A stretch of DNA of 63,135 nucleotides, the filler included, from Sandaracinaceae bacterium (GTDB lineage Bacteria; Myxococcota_A; Polyangia; Polyangiales; JADJQN01), in assembly GCA_947483975.1 (NCBI GenBank). It is 3 parts of 3 records of this genome, joined end to end, with 100 filler letters (N's around TTAATTAATTAA, not from the genome) between each part and the next. Parts side by side here need not be neighbours in the genome. Positions count along the whole stretch, not along the records: positions 21,150 to 42,094 come from CANKOL010000048.1; 2 more parts are not named here. One strand, given 5' to 3'. This document shows, piece by piece, positions 30,956-40,884 of the stretch. Position numbers and translations under genes: made by a program. The first letter of the stretch is position 1; each line of letters starts with the position of its first letter. Under the pieces are notes generated by a model. It was not told the DNA's origin, ran no database searches, and saw only the letters and a program-made list of their open reading frames with translations.

Positions 30956-32833
30956 GTGTTCAGCCCCGACAAACTGACCCGCATCAAGCGCTCCTATGCG
31001 CTCGCGTTCTCGTTCATCGCGACGACGCTGGTCGCATCGTTTCTGGTCACCGGACAGGCGATCGAGCGGAACTCGGGGGACGCGCGCGTCATCAACCTCT
31101 CTGGCCGGCAGCGGATGCTCAGCCAGCGCTTGGTCAAGGACGCGCTCGCGCTCGCCCGACAGCATCACGCGGCGCCGGGCGATCACCTCTACGTCGAGCT
31201 GCGGACCTCGCTCGCGGCGTGGGAGCGCTCGCACGACGGCCTGCAGTACGGCGCCCCTGAGCTCGGGCTGCCGTCGCGCTCGCAGTCCGCGAAGGTGCGC
31301 AGGCTCTTCGCTGAGGCGAGCGCGCCGCACGAGGCGATGGTCGGCGCCACGCGTGAGCTCTTGGGGGTGATCGCGGAGGGCCGTTTCGACGCTGAAGCGG
31401 GCGACCGCGCCGTGACGGTGATGCTCGCGAACGAGGACGACTTCGTGCGGCTCATGGACGAGGTCACGCTGCAATTCGAGGCGGAGGCGCGGGCGCGCGT
31501 CAACTCCCTGCAGCGGCTGGAGCTCCTCGTGCTGCTCGCCGGACTGCTGGTCCTCCTCTTCGAGATGGTGGTCGTGTTTCGGCCCTCGATCGTCAAGCTG
31601 GAGGCTTCGATCGTCGCGCTCACCGCCAGCAGAAAGCACCTGCAGGCGGCGAATGAGTCGTTGGCTGCCGCGGCGACCGAGGCGCACCGCTTGGCCGAGC
31701 TGGCCGACGCCGCGAGTCGCGCCAAGAGCGATTTCCTCGCGAACATGAGCCACGAGATCCGCACCCCGATGAACGCGATCGTGGGCTTCTCCGAGATCCT
31801 CGTCTCCGCGCTCGAGGACCCGAAGCTGCGCGGCCATGCGAACACGATTCTTCGGTCGAGCGAGGCTCTGCTCCGCGTGATCAACGACATCCTCGACCTC
31901 TCCCGCGTCGAAGCGGGCAAGCTCCCTGTCGTCCCGACGAACTTCGACCTTCGGTCGCTGCTGCGCGACATCGGTGCGATCTTCGAGGGGACTGCGCACC
32001 AGAAGGGGCTCGCGCTCGTCCTCGAGCCGGACGACAGCCTGCCGCAGGCGATGGCGCTCGATGAGGTGCGACTACGGCAGGTCCTGCTGAACTTGGTCGG
32101 AAATGCCCTCAAATTTACCCGCGCAGGGAGCGTCGTCGTCCGCGCCGAGGCCGTATTTCCTCCCGAGGAGGGCGCGCGTCTCTTTCGGCTCGTGCTCGAG
32201 GTCGAAGACACCGGCATCGGCGTCCCGGACGAGGAGAAGGAGGCCGTGTTCGCGGCCTTCGAGCAGCGCAAGAACCAGGACCACGCGGTGTACGGGGGCT
32301 CGGGGCTCGGGCTCGCGATCTCGCGCCAGCTGGTCACGTTGCTGGGCGGGACGCTCACGCTGACGGATAATCCCGCCGGGCAGGGGAGCCGCTTCACCGT
32401 GACGCTCGAGGGCGTGCCAGTCGTGGACGCCGAGCCGCCTACGCAGGCCGAGCTCGAGCGCGTCGCGGCGTCCCGCGCGCTCCTCCTCGAGGACGTGAAG
32501 CTCGTGCGCTCGCTCCGCGCCCCCAGCCCAGGGCGATTTCTCGCGGAGGTCGGCGATGCGGTGGAGGTGCGGGCGCTGTGCGAGGCGCTGCGCGGCCTGC
32601 TCGACGAGGAGCTGCCGGCGCTGCGGCACACCGTGCGTCCCAAGCTCGCGGAGGCGCTCGGCGAGCGCGCCCAGGCGCTCGGGCGCGCGCATCGCCTCCC
32701 GTCGCTCGAGTCGGAGGGCGCCGAGCTGTCGGCGGGCGCAGCGTCGTTCTCCATCACGCGCATTCGCGCGTCGCTCGAGCGGCTCACCCAGTTGGTGGCG
32801 CGGATCCTCGAAGCCGCCTCCGCCGGGGCGTAG
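30956..32833 (+). CDS. Membrane sensor histidine kinase with a PilJ/NarX-like periplasmic domain
   Basis: INLSGRQRMLSQR; FLANMSHEIRTPMNA (H box), NLVGNALKFT, DTGIG, GSGLGLAIS. Confidence 0.9.
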   Translation: MFSPDKLTRIKRSYALAFSFIATTLVASFLVTGQAIERNSGDARVINLSGRQRMLSQRLVKDALALARQHHAAPGDHLYVELRTSLAAWERSHDGLQYGAPELGLPSRSQSAKVRRLFAEASAPHEAMVGATRELLGVIAEGRFDAEAGDRAVTVMLANEDDFVRLMDEVTLQFEAEARARVNSLQRLELLVLLAGLLVLLFEMVVVFRPSIVKLEASIVALTASRKHLQAANESLAAAATEAHRLAELADAASRAKSDFLANMSHEIRTPMNAIVGFSEILVSALEDPKLRGHANTILRSSEALLRVINDILDLSRVEAGKLPVVPTNFDLRSLLRDIGAIFEGTAHQKGLALVLEPDDSLPQAMALDEVRLRQVLLNLVGNALKFTRAGSVVVRAEAVFPPEEGARLFRLVLEVEDTGIGVPDEEKEAVFAAFEQRKNQDHAVYGGSGLGLAISRQLVTLLGGTLTLTDNPAGQGSRFTVTLEGVPVVDAEPPTQAELERVAASRALLLEDVKLVRSLRAPSPGRFLAEVGDAVEVRALCEALRGLLDEELPALRHTVRPKLAEALGERAQALGRAHRLPSLESEGAELSAGAASFSITRIRASLERLTQLVARILEAASAGA

Positions 32834-32929
32834 CCCGACCTGCCGCGGGAGGTGTGGCGCCTGCGCGTGACGGCGCGATAGAGTCAGCCGTCGCTGGCGG
32901 GAACGCCTGCGCACACAAAGGACTCGCCG

Positions 32930-35266
32930 GTGCCGCTCCTCCTCCTGATCGAATACGGGCTCGCGGCCTTCTGCGCCCTCGTCGTGCTGGTCTTCCTCTA
33001 TCAGAGCATCGCGATCGCGAAGGGCGATCAGTTCCTGACGCTCGAGCGCCGATGGTTCGGCAAGCCGATGGCCGATGGGCGCACGGTCGCCCTGCGCGAC
33101 GAGGTCGGCATTCAGGCGCGGACCCTCGGGCCCGGAGTCCATCTCTTCATTCCGTTCATCTACAAGGTGCAGAAGCACCACTTCTTCACGATCGGCACCT
33201 CCAGCGTCGGCATCGTTCAGGCGGTCACGGGGCTCCCGATGGCGGCCGGCAACTTCTTCGCGCGCTCGGTCGAGTGCAACATCTTCCAGGACGGCGAGGC
33301 GTTTCTGCGCAACGGCGGCGAGAAGGGACCGCAGCTCTCGATCCTTCCGCCCGGCGAATATCAGATCAATCCCCATCTGTTCCGGGTCTCCGTCGATAGC
33401 GCCATCGTCATCGACGAGAACCAGGTCGGGATCGTCGAGGCGGTCGCCGGGCAGCCTTGTGTCGTCGGCCGCATCTTCGCCGACCCGGTCGACTGCGACG
33501 CGTATCAGGACGCGGATGGGTTCCTGCGCAACGGCGGCCAGAAGGGCCCGCAGGTCAAGATCCTTCCGCCCGGCTACTACCGCATCAACACCGCGCTCTT
33601 CAAGGTCGAGCGGGCCCCCGCGACGGTGATCCCGAATGGGCACATCGGCCTGATCACCGCGATGGACGGCGGTCGGATCATGGAGGGCAGCCTCCTCAGC
33701 CGGAAGATCGAAGGCCACTCGAACTTCGAGGACGGAATCGCCTTCATCAAGAACGGCGGGCAGAAGGGCCATCAGCTCGATGTGTTGATGCCCGGCACAT
33801 ACCGGATCAACACCTCGTTCTTCATGATCAAGGCGATCGTGCCGTGGACGAGCATCACCGCTGATTGCGTCGGGATCGTCACCGTCCTCGAGGGAAAGCC
33901 GATCATCGAGGCGCACAAGATCGCCGCCGAGGAGCTCTCGCTCGCGCTCCACAACAACTTCCAGGACGCCGCCGCGTTTCTCGCCGCGGGTGGGCAGAAG
34001 GGCTTGCAGATTCCCGTGCTCCGCTCGGGCAACTACGCGGTCAATCCGTGGTTCGCGTCCATCGATCAGATCCCGCTCGTCGAGGTCAAGATCGGTGAGT
34101 GCGCGGTCGTCACGAGCTTCGTCGGCGAGGAGGGCGAGGACGTCACCAGCTCCGACGTCAACGCCAAGATCGTGCGCAACGGCAAGCGAGGTATTTGGGC
34201 GGAGCCGCTCGGGCCGGGAAAGCACCCGATCAACACCAAGGTCTGCAAGGTGGACAAGGTGCCGACGACTCAGATCTTGCTCAATTGGGCAGACAACGAG
34301 TCGAGCGCGCACAAGCTCGACTCCAACCTGAAGACCATCACGCTGCGCACCGCCGACGCGTTCAACGTCAGCATGGACGTCAGCGTCATCATCCACATCG
34401 CGATGACCGACGCGCCCAAGGTCGTCGCGAACCTCGGCTCCGTCGACAACATGATCTCGCAGGTGCTCGAGCCCGCCATCTCCTCGCACTTCAGGAACTC
34501 GGCGCAGGCGGTCAAGGCGCTCGACCTCTACACCAAGCGCGCGGAGCTCCAGGCGCACGCCAAGGAGCACCTGCAGAGCGTGCTGCGGATTCATCACATC
34601 GAGTCGAAGGACACGATGATCGCGGACGTCGTGCTCCCGGCGGAGCTGACGCGCACCGTCACCGATCGGCAGATCGCCGAGCAGGAGCGCATGACCTTCG
34701 CGACGCAGAAGCAAGCGCAGGAGGAGCGCAAGCTGCTCGAGAACGCGACGGCGCAGGCGAACATGCAGCCGAAGGTCGTGGAGTCCGAGCGAGGCGTGGA
34801 GATCGCGAAGAACCTCGCGAACGCCGAGATCGAGAAGTCCACGGGCGACGCGCGAGGCATCGAGATCCGCGCGGATGGCGCCTCGAAGGCGACGCGCGTG
34901 ACGGCGGGCGCGCACGCGGAGGCGACGCGCGTCAACGCGCTCGCGGACGCGGAGGCGATCGAGAAGAAGGGACTCGCGGAGGCGCTCGTCATCCTCGAGC
35001 AGGGCAAGTCCACGGCAGAGTCGTACAAGCTGCAGGTGAGCGCGATGGGCAACGAGATCTTCGGTCAGATCCAGGTCGTCGAGAAGATCGCGGCGAACAA
35101 GCTCAAGCTGATCCCCGACGTGTACATCGGCGGCGGGAGCGGCGGAGTCGGCGGCGCGGGCGGCGAGCAGAACTCGCTGATGTCGCTCGCGCTGTTGCAG
35201 TTCCTGACGGGGCGCAACGTCTTCGCCGAGCAGCGCGCGAAGAACGAAGAAGAGGGCAGTCGCTGA
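32930..35266 (+). CDS. SPFH/flotillin-family protein with four N-terminal repeats
   Basis: N-terminal TM; 4x F(Q/E)D..AFL.NGGQKG.Q..IL.PG.Y.IN; SPFH core followed by an AE-rich coiled coil. Confidence 0.88.
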   Translation: MPLLLLIEYGLAAFCALVVLVFLYQSIAIAKGDQFLTLERRWFGKPMADGRTVALRDEVGIQARTLGPGVHLFIPFIYKVQKHHFFTIGTSSVGIVQAVTGLPMAAGNFFARSVECNIFQDGEAFLRNGGEKGPQLSILPPGEYQINPHLFRVSVDSAIVIDENQVGIVEAVAGQPCVVGRIFADPVDCDAYQDADGFLRNGGQKGPQVKILPPGYYRINTALFKVERAPATVIPNGHIGLITAMDGGRIMEGSLLSRKIEGHSNFEDGIAFIKNGGQKGHQLDVLMPGTYRINTSFFMIKAIVPWTSITADCVGIVTVLEGKPIIEAHKIAAEELSLALHNNFQDAAAFLAAGGQKGLQIPVLRSGNYAVNPWFASIDQIPLVEVKIGECAVVTSFVGEEGEDVTSSDVNAKIVRNGKRGIWAEPLGPGKHPINTKVCKVDKVPTTQILLNWADNESSAHKLDSNLKTITLRTADAFNVSMDVSVIIHIAMTDAPKVVANLGSVDNMISQVLEPAISSHFRNSAQAVKALDLYTKRAELQAHAKEHLQSVLRIHHIESKDTMIADVVLPAELTRTVTDRQIAEQERMTFATQKQAQEERKLLENATAQANMQPKVVESERGVEIAKNLANAEIEKSTGDARGIEIRADGASKATRVTAGAHAEATRVNALADAEAIEKKGLAEALVILEQGKSTAESYKLQVSAMGNEIFGQIQVVEKIAANKLKLIPDVYIGGGSGGVGGAGGEQNSLMSLALLQFLTGRNVFAEQRAKNEEEGSR

Positions 35267-35295
35267 AGCGTCCGCGCCGCGGAGGCTCGGGCGAG

Positions 35296-35329
35296 GCGCT
35301 CCGCAGGACCCTCATGTCCTGCGGGGCGC
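35296..35329. terminator. Hairpin between convergent genes
   Basis: GCGCTCCGCAGGAC-N6-GTCCTGCGGGGCGC, a 14-bp stem with one G-U pair; no U-tract. Confidence 0.45.
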
Positions 35330-35332
35330 GCG

Positions 35333-37420
35333 TCAGAGGCGGCGAATCGAGTAGGTGTTGACGGCGCTGCCGTACGGATAGACGCGCACGTAGAACGTCC
35401 CGGTGCCCGACACTCGCTCTTCGCCCGTGGTCCCGGCGCTCGTCGCGAGCACGCTGCCGGTGGCCGTCAGCGCCTGCGCGTCGAGGTCGCCGCTCGAGGC
35501 GGTGAAGCGGATGGAGACGGTGACCGTGGCGGCGCCGGCGTCCACTCGATAGAAGTCCTGGTCGCCGCTGCAAATGCGCGCGTCGAGCGGGGTCGGGCCG
35601 AGCAGCGTCGCCGCCGAGGTGGAGTCGTTGGCGACGCTCGGCTCGCACGCGGTCGTCGTCGGGGACGGCGGCAGGGAGCAGAGCGCGGCGCCCGTGCGCG
35701 CGGTGACCGTGTCCTCCGAAACCTCGCGCTGCGCGCAGGTCTCGTCCTCGCTCCACGCGCGCCAATCCGCGGCGCGTCCGACCGAGGCCGCGTAGGCGCG
35801 CCAGCGGGCGTAGCCGTCGCCGCCCGTCGCGCGGTCGGCGGACTCGGCGCGGAACACGGTCGGCTCTACGCAGCGGGAGCCCGCGGCGGCGTCGCGCTGT
35901 TCCTTCTCGGCGTAGGCGAGCACGAGCTCGCGCATCGCCGCCGTGCTGCTGTTCCAGCAGCAAGTGCGCGAGCGCGTGTAGTCGAGCTCCGCGAAGACGC
36001 GATCCGCGAGCGTGCGGTGCGCGGCGTCGACCTCGGCGCGGGTCTCGCCGAAGTAGCCCTCCATCACCTCGTAGAGCTCGACGAAGGCGTCCTCGCGCTG
36101 CTCGCGCGCGGAACAGCTCGAGGGGTAGTCGCGCAGGTGCAGGCGCGCGGTCTGAATGCGGGCGAGGGCCGCATCGCGCTTCTGCTCGGGGGTCTGCGTG
36201 CCGAGCAGCTCGCGGAAGCGCGCGGGGCGCGCGGCGAGGACGTCAGTCGACGAGTCGTCGATGAAGGCGGCGCGGTCTGCGGTGCGGACGAGGTTTCGCC
36301 AGCGACCGGCGGAGAGCGCGGGAGTGCGCCAGCGACGGAGCCCGCCGCCGAGCTTCGCGTAGGGGACGCCGTCGGCGTTGAGCTCAGGACCGCCGCAGTA
36401 CTGCGACTCGAAGTAGGAGCGCGCCTGCGCGGTCTCGGTCCAGAGGGGCTGACGGCGGGGCATGGAGCCCGACGCGACGGCGACCTCGAACTGCCCGCCG
36501 GGGAGGTCGACGCGGCGGAAGACCGGGATCACGTGGCCGATGCCGACCTTCTGCCAGCGCTCGATCAGCAGGTCGCCAGGCGCGAGCGCCTCGGGCTGCA
36601 CCGAGAAGGTGTTGGCGGAGTCGACCAGGTTGACGCTGCCGAAGTAGAGCAGCAGCAGGCGCGCGAAGTAGCCGACGCGCTTGTTGAGGAAGAGCTCGTC
36701 GAAGTACGCGCCGGCGCCGAGCGTCTGGCCGCCCGTCGAGAGGAAGCCGACGGTGTCGTCTGCGCCGAGGTGCATCGCGCGCAGGCGCGCATCGCTCGGC
36801 CACGCCTGACCCTCGCGCCACGAGGAGGTCGCGTCGGTGTACTGCGCGCGGAACTTCGGGAAGTTCGCGATGCGCTCGCCGCGCTTGTTGACGAAGCCGA
36901 AGTGGCCGGCGAAGAGCGTCTGCCGCCCGGCGGAGTCCCAGCCGCTGACGAAGAAGGGCAGGCCGTACCAGGAGGCGAACGCCGTCCGCAGGAAGAGCCC
37001 GACCTCGGCGCACTCGAGCGTCGGCGCGTCGAAGGCGCGGGCGCCGTAGGGCGTCGGGATGCGGACCGTCTGCCCGTAGCCCGCGCGGGCCACGACCTCG
37101 AACGCGCCGACCCAGCGGTCGAACTTCTGCTCCCAGTCGAGGCCGCTGTTGGCGCCCCACGACACGCCCGCGCGGCGCGCGTCGGTGGTGTCGCGCTCGT
37201 CCCACTGGTTGCGGACGCTCCAGACCTCGGTGCTCGCGCCGGCGGCGACCGCCGGGCCGAGCGACTCGACGCCGTCCATCTTGGCGGCCTCGGGCAGCGC
37301 CTCGAGCGGGCCCTCGAGGCCGGTCTCTGCGGAGGCCTCGTCGAGCGCGCCCGGGCCGCCGACGGCGCACGCGGGGAGCGTCATCACGAGCAGGAGGGAG
37401 AGGGCCGCGCGGAGCTTCAT
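35333..37420 (-). CDS. Secreted lipoprotein with a putative NlpC/P60-like Cys-His core and a C-terminal PPC domain
   Basis: Lipobox LPAC; ECAE, PGDLL....GHV; C-terminal ND...A...IC.GDQDFY...DLD...YVRVY. Confidence 0.7.
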   Translation of the reverse strand: MKLRAALSLLLVMTLPACAVGGPGALDEASAETGLEGPLEALPEAAKMDGVESLGPAVAAGASTEVWSVRNQWDERDTTDARRAGVSWGANSGLDWEQKFDRWVGAFEVVARAGYGQTVRIPTPYGARAFDAPTLECAEVGLFLRTAFASWYGLPFFVSGWDSAGRQTLFAGHFGFVNKRGERIANFPKFRAQYTDATSSWREGQAWPSDARLRAMHLGADDTVGFLSTGGQTLGAGAYFDELFLNKRVGYFARLLLLYFGSVNLVDSANTFSVQPEALAPGDLLIERWQKVGIGHVIPVFRRVDLPGGQFEVAVASGSMPRRQPLWTETAQARSYFESQYCGGPELNADGVPYAKLGGGLRRWRTPALSAGRWRNLVRTADRAAFIDDSSTDVLAARPARFRELLGTQTPEQKRDAALARIQTARLHLRDYPSSCSAREQREDAFVELYEVMEGYFGETRAEVDAAHRTLADRVFAELDYTRSRTCCWNSSTAAMRELVLAYAEKEQRDAAAGSRCVEPTVFRAESADRATGGDGYARWRAYAASVGRAADWRAWSEDETCAQREVSEDTVTARTGAALCSLPPSPTTTACEPSVANDSTSAATLLGPTPLDARICSGDQDFYRVDAGAATVTVSIRFTASSGDLDAQALTATGSVLATSAGTTGEERVSGTGTFYVRVYPYGSAVNTYSIRRL

Positions 37421-37528
37421 GGGGTGGTTCTATGCGAGCGCTGTGCCGGGCACAGGCCGCGAAAAGATGAGGGAATTGTGAGGTGGAGCCTGGCTTCTGG
37501 AGTTGCCGGTGGCCACTCGGGACGGCGC

Positions 37529-37651
37529 CGGAGGGGCGAAAGAGGTCAACGTCGGTCGGTCTTGGGAGGCCCGCGGAGGGGCGAAAGAGGTCAACGTCGG
37601 TCGGTCTTGGGAGGCCCGCGGAGGGGCGAAAGAGGTCAACGTCGGTCGGTC
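37529..37651. repeat. 45-bp tandem repeat, ~2.7 copies
   Basis: GAGGGGCGAAAGAGGTCAACGTCGGTCGGTC at 37531, 37576 and 37621 with identical linkers. Confidence 0.92.
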
Positions 37652-37722
37652 GGCGGCGGGCCGCGCGGGTCGGCGTTGCGCAGAATCATGGGCCCCGCGG
37701 GCCTTCGGATAGACTGCGCCCG

Positions 37723-39336
37723 ATGAGCGAGACGCCCCCCGCCGTCGCGGCCCCTGCGCAGCCTCCGAAGGCCGCGCGCGGGGCGCAGCTCGTCGCGGCG
37801 GGCATCCTCTTGAGCCGCGTCGCGGGCCTCGTGCGCGAGCGCGCGTTCGCGCACTACTTCGGCAACTCCGACGCGGGCGACGCCTTCAAGGCGGCCCTCA
37901 AGATCCCGAACTTCTTGCAGAACCTCTTCGGCGAGGGCGTGCTCAGCGCGTCGTTCATCCCCGTCTACGCGAAGCAACTCGCGCAAGGCGACGAGGTGCT
38001 CGCGCGGCGGCTCGCCTCGGCGGTGGCGACGCTGCTCGCCCTCGCGACGAGCCTGCTCGTGCTCGGCGGGGTGTTCGCGACGCCGTTCCTGATCGACACG
38101 ATCGCGCCCGGTTTTACTGGCGAGAAGCGGCTCGAGACGATCCGCCTCGTGCAGATCTTCTTCCCGGGGACCGGGCTGCTGGTGATGAGCGCGTGGTGCC
38201 TCGGCATCCTCAACAGCCACCGCAAGTTCTTCCTCTCGTACGCCGCGCCCGTGCTCTGGAACCTCGCGATCATCGGCGCGCTGTTCCTCTACGGCGGCGG
38301 CACGCACGACTACGCGCTCGCCGAGCGGGTCGCCTGGGGGCTCGTCCTCGGGAGCGCGCTGCAATTCGGCGTGCAGCTCCCGACGGCCCTGGCGCTCGTG
38401 CGCGGGCTCCGCCCGGAGCTCGGGCTGCGGCTCGAGGCGACGCGCACGGTGCTGCGCAATTTCCTGCCTGTCGTGCTCGCGCGCGGCGTCGTGCAGGTGA
38501 GCGCGTACATCGACAACCTCCTCGCGAGCCTGCTGCCGACCGGGGCGGTGTCGGCGCTCGCGTACGCGCAGACCTTGTATTTGCTGCCGATCAGCCTCTT
38601 CGGGATGTCCGTGTCCGCGGCGCAGCTCCCCGCGATGGCGAGCGCGACGGGCACCCCGGAGGAGGTCGCCGCGGCGCTACGCACGCAGCTCGAGCGCGGG
38701 CTGCGGCAGATCGCGTTCTTCATCGTGCCGTCCGCCGCGGGGCTGCTCTTTCTCGGCGACGTGATCGTGGCGGCGCTCTTTCAGACGGGCGCGTTCGACG
38801 CAGAGAGCACGCGCTATGTGTGGGCCGTGCTCGCGGGCTCGACGGTGGGGCTGCTCGCGGCGACGCAGGGGCGGCTCTACGCGTCCGCGTTCTACGCGCT
38901 CCACGACACGCGCACGCCGCTCAAGTTCGCGTCCGTGCGCGTCGCGCTGACCGTGGGGCTCGGCTGGGTCTGCGCGCTGTGGCTGCCTGGCTGGCTTGGG
39001 CTCGAGGCGAAGTGGGGGACCGTCGGGCTCACGGCGTCCGCGGGCGCGGCGGGCTGGGTGGAGTTCCTCTCGCTGCGCGCGGCGCTCAATCGACGCATCG
39101 GCAAGAGCGGCTTGCCGGCGGGGCTGCTCGCGCGCCTCTGGGCTTCGGCGCTCCCTGCCGCGGCGCTGGGCTTCGGCGTGAAGGTCGCGCTCGGCACGCT
39201 GCTGCACCCGATCTTGCGCGGGGTCGTCGTGCTCGGAGCGTTCGGCGTCGTCTACGCGGGGCTCACGCTCGCGCTCGGCGTGCCCGAAGCGCGGCACACG
39301 CTCGAGCGGATCTCGACGCGTCTACGAAAGCGGTGA
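37723..39336 (+). CDS. murJ: Lipid II flippase MurJ (MviN)
   Basis: LSRVAGLVRE, DAF..A.KIPN..QNLFGEG.LSASFIP, FYALHDTRTP. Confidence 0.93.
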   Translation: MSETPPAVAAPAQPPKAARGAQLVAAGILLSRVAGLVRERAFAHYFGNSDAGDAFKAALKIPNFLQNLFGEGVLSASFIPVYAKQLAQGDEVLARRLASAVATLLALATSLLVLGGVFATPFLIDTIAPGFTGEKRLETIRLVQIFFPGTGLLVMSAWCLGILNSHRKFFLSYAAPVLWNLAIIGALFLYGGGTHDYALAERVAWGLVLGSALQFGVQLPTALALVRGLRPELGLRLEATRTVLRNFLPVVLARGVVQVSAYIDNLLASLLPTGAVSALAYAQTLYLLPISLFGMSVSAAQLPAMASATGTPEEVAAALRTQLERGLRQIAFFIVPSAAGLLFLGDVIVAALFQTGAFDAESTRYVWAVLAGSTVGLLAATQGRLYASAFYALHDTRTPLKFASVRVALTVGLGWVCALWLPGWLGLEAKWGTVGLTASAGAAGWVEFLSLRAALNRRIGKSGLPAGLLARLWASALPAAALGFGVKVALGTLLHPILRGVVVLGAFGVVYAGLTLALGVPEARHTLERISTRLRKR

Positions 39337-39459
39337 GTGCGGCAGTTGCGCGGCTGAGTCGCTGGCTCGTTCACCCGCACTACCGAACTCGCCCCGCACG
39401 AAGAACCATCACGAGCGTCCAAATGCGCGCTTGATTGCAGAGGGAGCGCGGGTACGTCG

Positions 39460-40884
39460 ATGACCATGCGCACCCACGCTATTTGTGCTGCAACAATCCT
39501 CGCAATCCTCGCCTCGACGCCCGCTCACGCGGACGCGCAAGAGCCCTTCCTCTGGGTGAGAGGTGAACTCGGAGCCGGCTTGGGGCTAAACGGTGTGCCG
39601 AACGATGCTGGCGCGGGCGGGCACCTCGGCGCCGAGGCGATGGTGTACGTCATTCACCCGCTGGCGATCGCGGTGCGCGCCGCGGGCACGTATTTCTCGC
39701 CCTTTCAGGCCAAGCCCGACGCGCTTCACGCCTCGTGGAGCGGCGGCCTGATCTTGCGCCTCGACGGACTTTGGCTCGGCGGGTTCGCGGGGATGCACGA
39801 GTCGCTCGGAGAGAACGTGTTCGGTATCGACGCGTTGCTCGGCTACGACTTCGCGCTGGGCGCGAACGCGGGTATCGGGCCGTTCGTCAGTTACTCGGTC
39901 GCAGCGCTCGACAAGACCCTGTATTTCGTGAGCCTCGGCGTGACGATGAGCGTCGGAGTCCCCTGGGCGAGCGCCGCGCCGGACGACCCCGACCACGATG
40001 GGATCGTGGGCACTGCGGACGTCTGTCCGAACGACCCAGAGGATATGGACGGCAACGCAGACCAAGACGGGTGTCCAGAGGCCGACGACCGCGACGGGGA
40101 CGGACTCCTCGACAACGTCGATCGGTGTCCCGCGGAAGCGGAAGACATGGACGAGTATCAGGACTCGGACGGCTGTCCTGATCCCGACAACGACGGAGAC
40201 CACGTCCTCGACGGCGTCGACGGCGCGCCGAACGACGCGGAGGATCCGGACGGCTTCGAGGATGCCGACGGTGTCCCCGACCTCGACAACGATCACGACT
40301 TCGTGCCGGACGCCTCCGATGGTGCTCCGAACGACCCGGAGGACCGCGACGGCTTCCAGGACGAGGACGGCGTGCCCGACCCGGACAACGACCAAGACGG
40401 CATCCTCGACGGCGCCGACCAGTGCCCGACCGCGCCCGGCCCCGCGACGACGAACGGCTGTCCGGTGTGGGTCCGCGTCGAGGCGGGACGCATCAACATC
40501 CTGCAGCGCATCGAGTTCGCGACGGACCACGCCACGCTGCTGCCGTCGGCCGGCCGCATCCTCGAGGAGATCCGCGCCGTGCTCGCCGTCAACCCGCAGA
40601 TCCGGCACGTGCGGATCGAAGGTCACACCGACGACCGCGGCCGCGCCCCGCACAACCTCGAGCTATCGCAGGCCCGCGCGCAGACGGTGATGACGTGGCT
40701 GACCGACCACCGAATCGCGGCTGAGCGTCTCGAGGCCCAGGGCTTCGGCCAGACGCGTCCGCTGCTGCCGAACACCACCAACCCGAACCGTCAGACCAAC
40801 CGCCGAGTCGAATTCATCATCACCGACCCGGCGCCGCCCGCGACTGAGGCCGTGCCCGCAACGCCGAGTCCGACGCTCAACTGA
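39460..40884 (+). CDS. OmpA-family protein with thrombospondin type-3 repeats
   Basis: Signal peptide AHA-D, short beta-barrel, repeated D.D.DG..D..D.CP, IEGHTD...NLELSQARA...NRRVEF. Confidence 0.92.
   Translation: MTMRTHAICAATILAILASTPAHADAQEPFLWVRGELGAGLGLNGVPNDAGAGGHLGAEAMVYVIHPLAIAVRAAGTYFSPFQAKPDALHASWSGGLILRLDGLWLGGFAGMHESLGENVFGIDALLGYDFALGANAGIGPFVSYSVAALDKTLYFVSLGVTMSVGVPWASAAPDDPDHDGIVGTADVCPNDPEDMDGNADQDGCPEADDRDGDGLLDNVDRCPAEAEDMDEYQDSDGCPDPDNDGDHVLDGVDGAPNDAEDPDGFEDADGVPDLDNDHDFVPDASDGAPNDPEDRDGFQDEDGVPDPDNDQDGILDGADQCPTAPGPATTNGCPVWVRVEAGRINILQRIEFATDHATLLPSAGRILEEIRAVLAVNPQIRHVRIEGHTDDRGRAPHNLELSQARAQTVMTWLTDHRIAAERLEAQGFGQTRPLLPNTTNPNRQTNRRVEFIITDPAPPATEAVPATPSPTLN

Noticed and set aside
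37529..37651. Possible mini-CRISPR
   Set aside because: Linkers are identical; this is a plain tandem repeat
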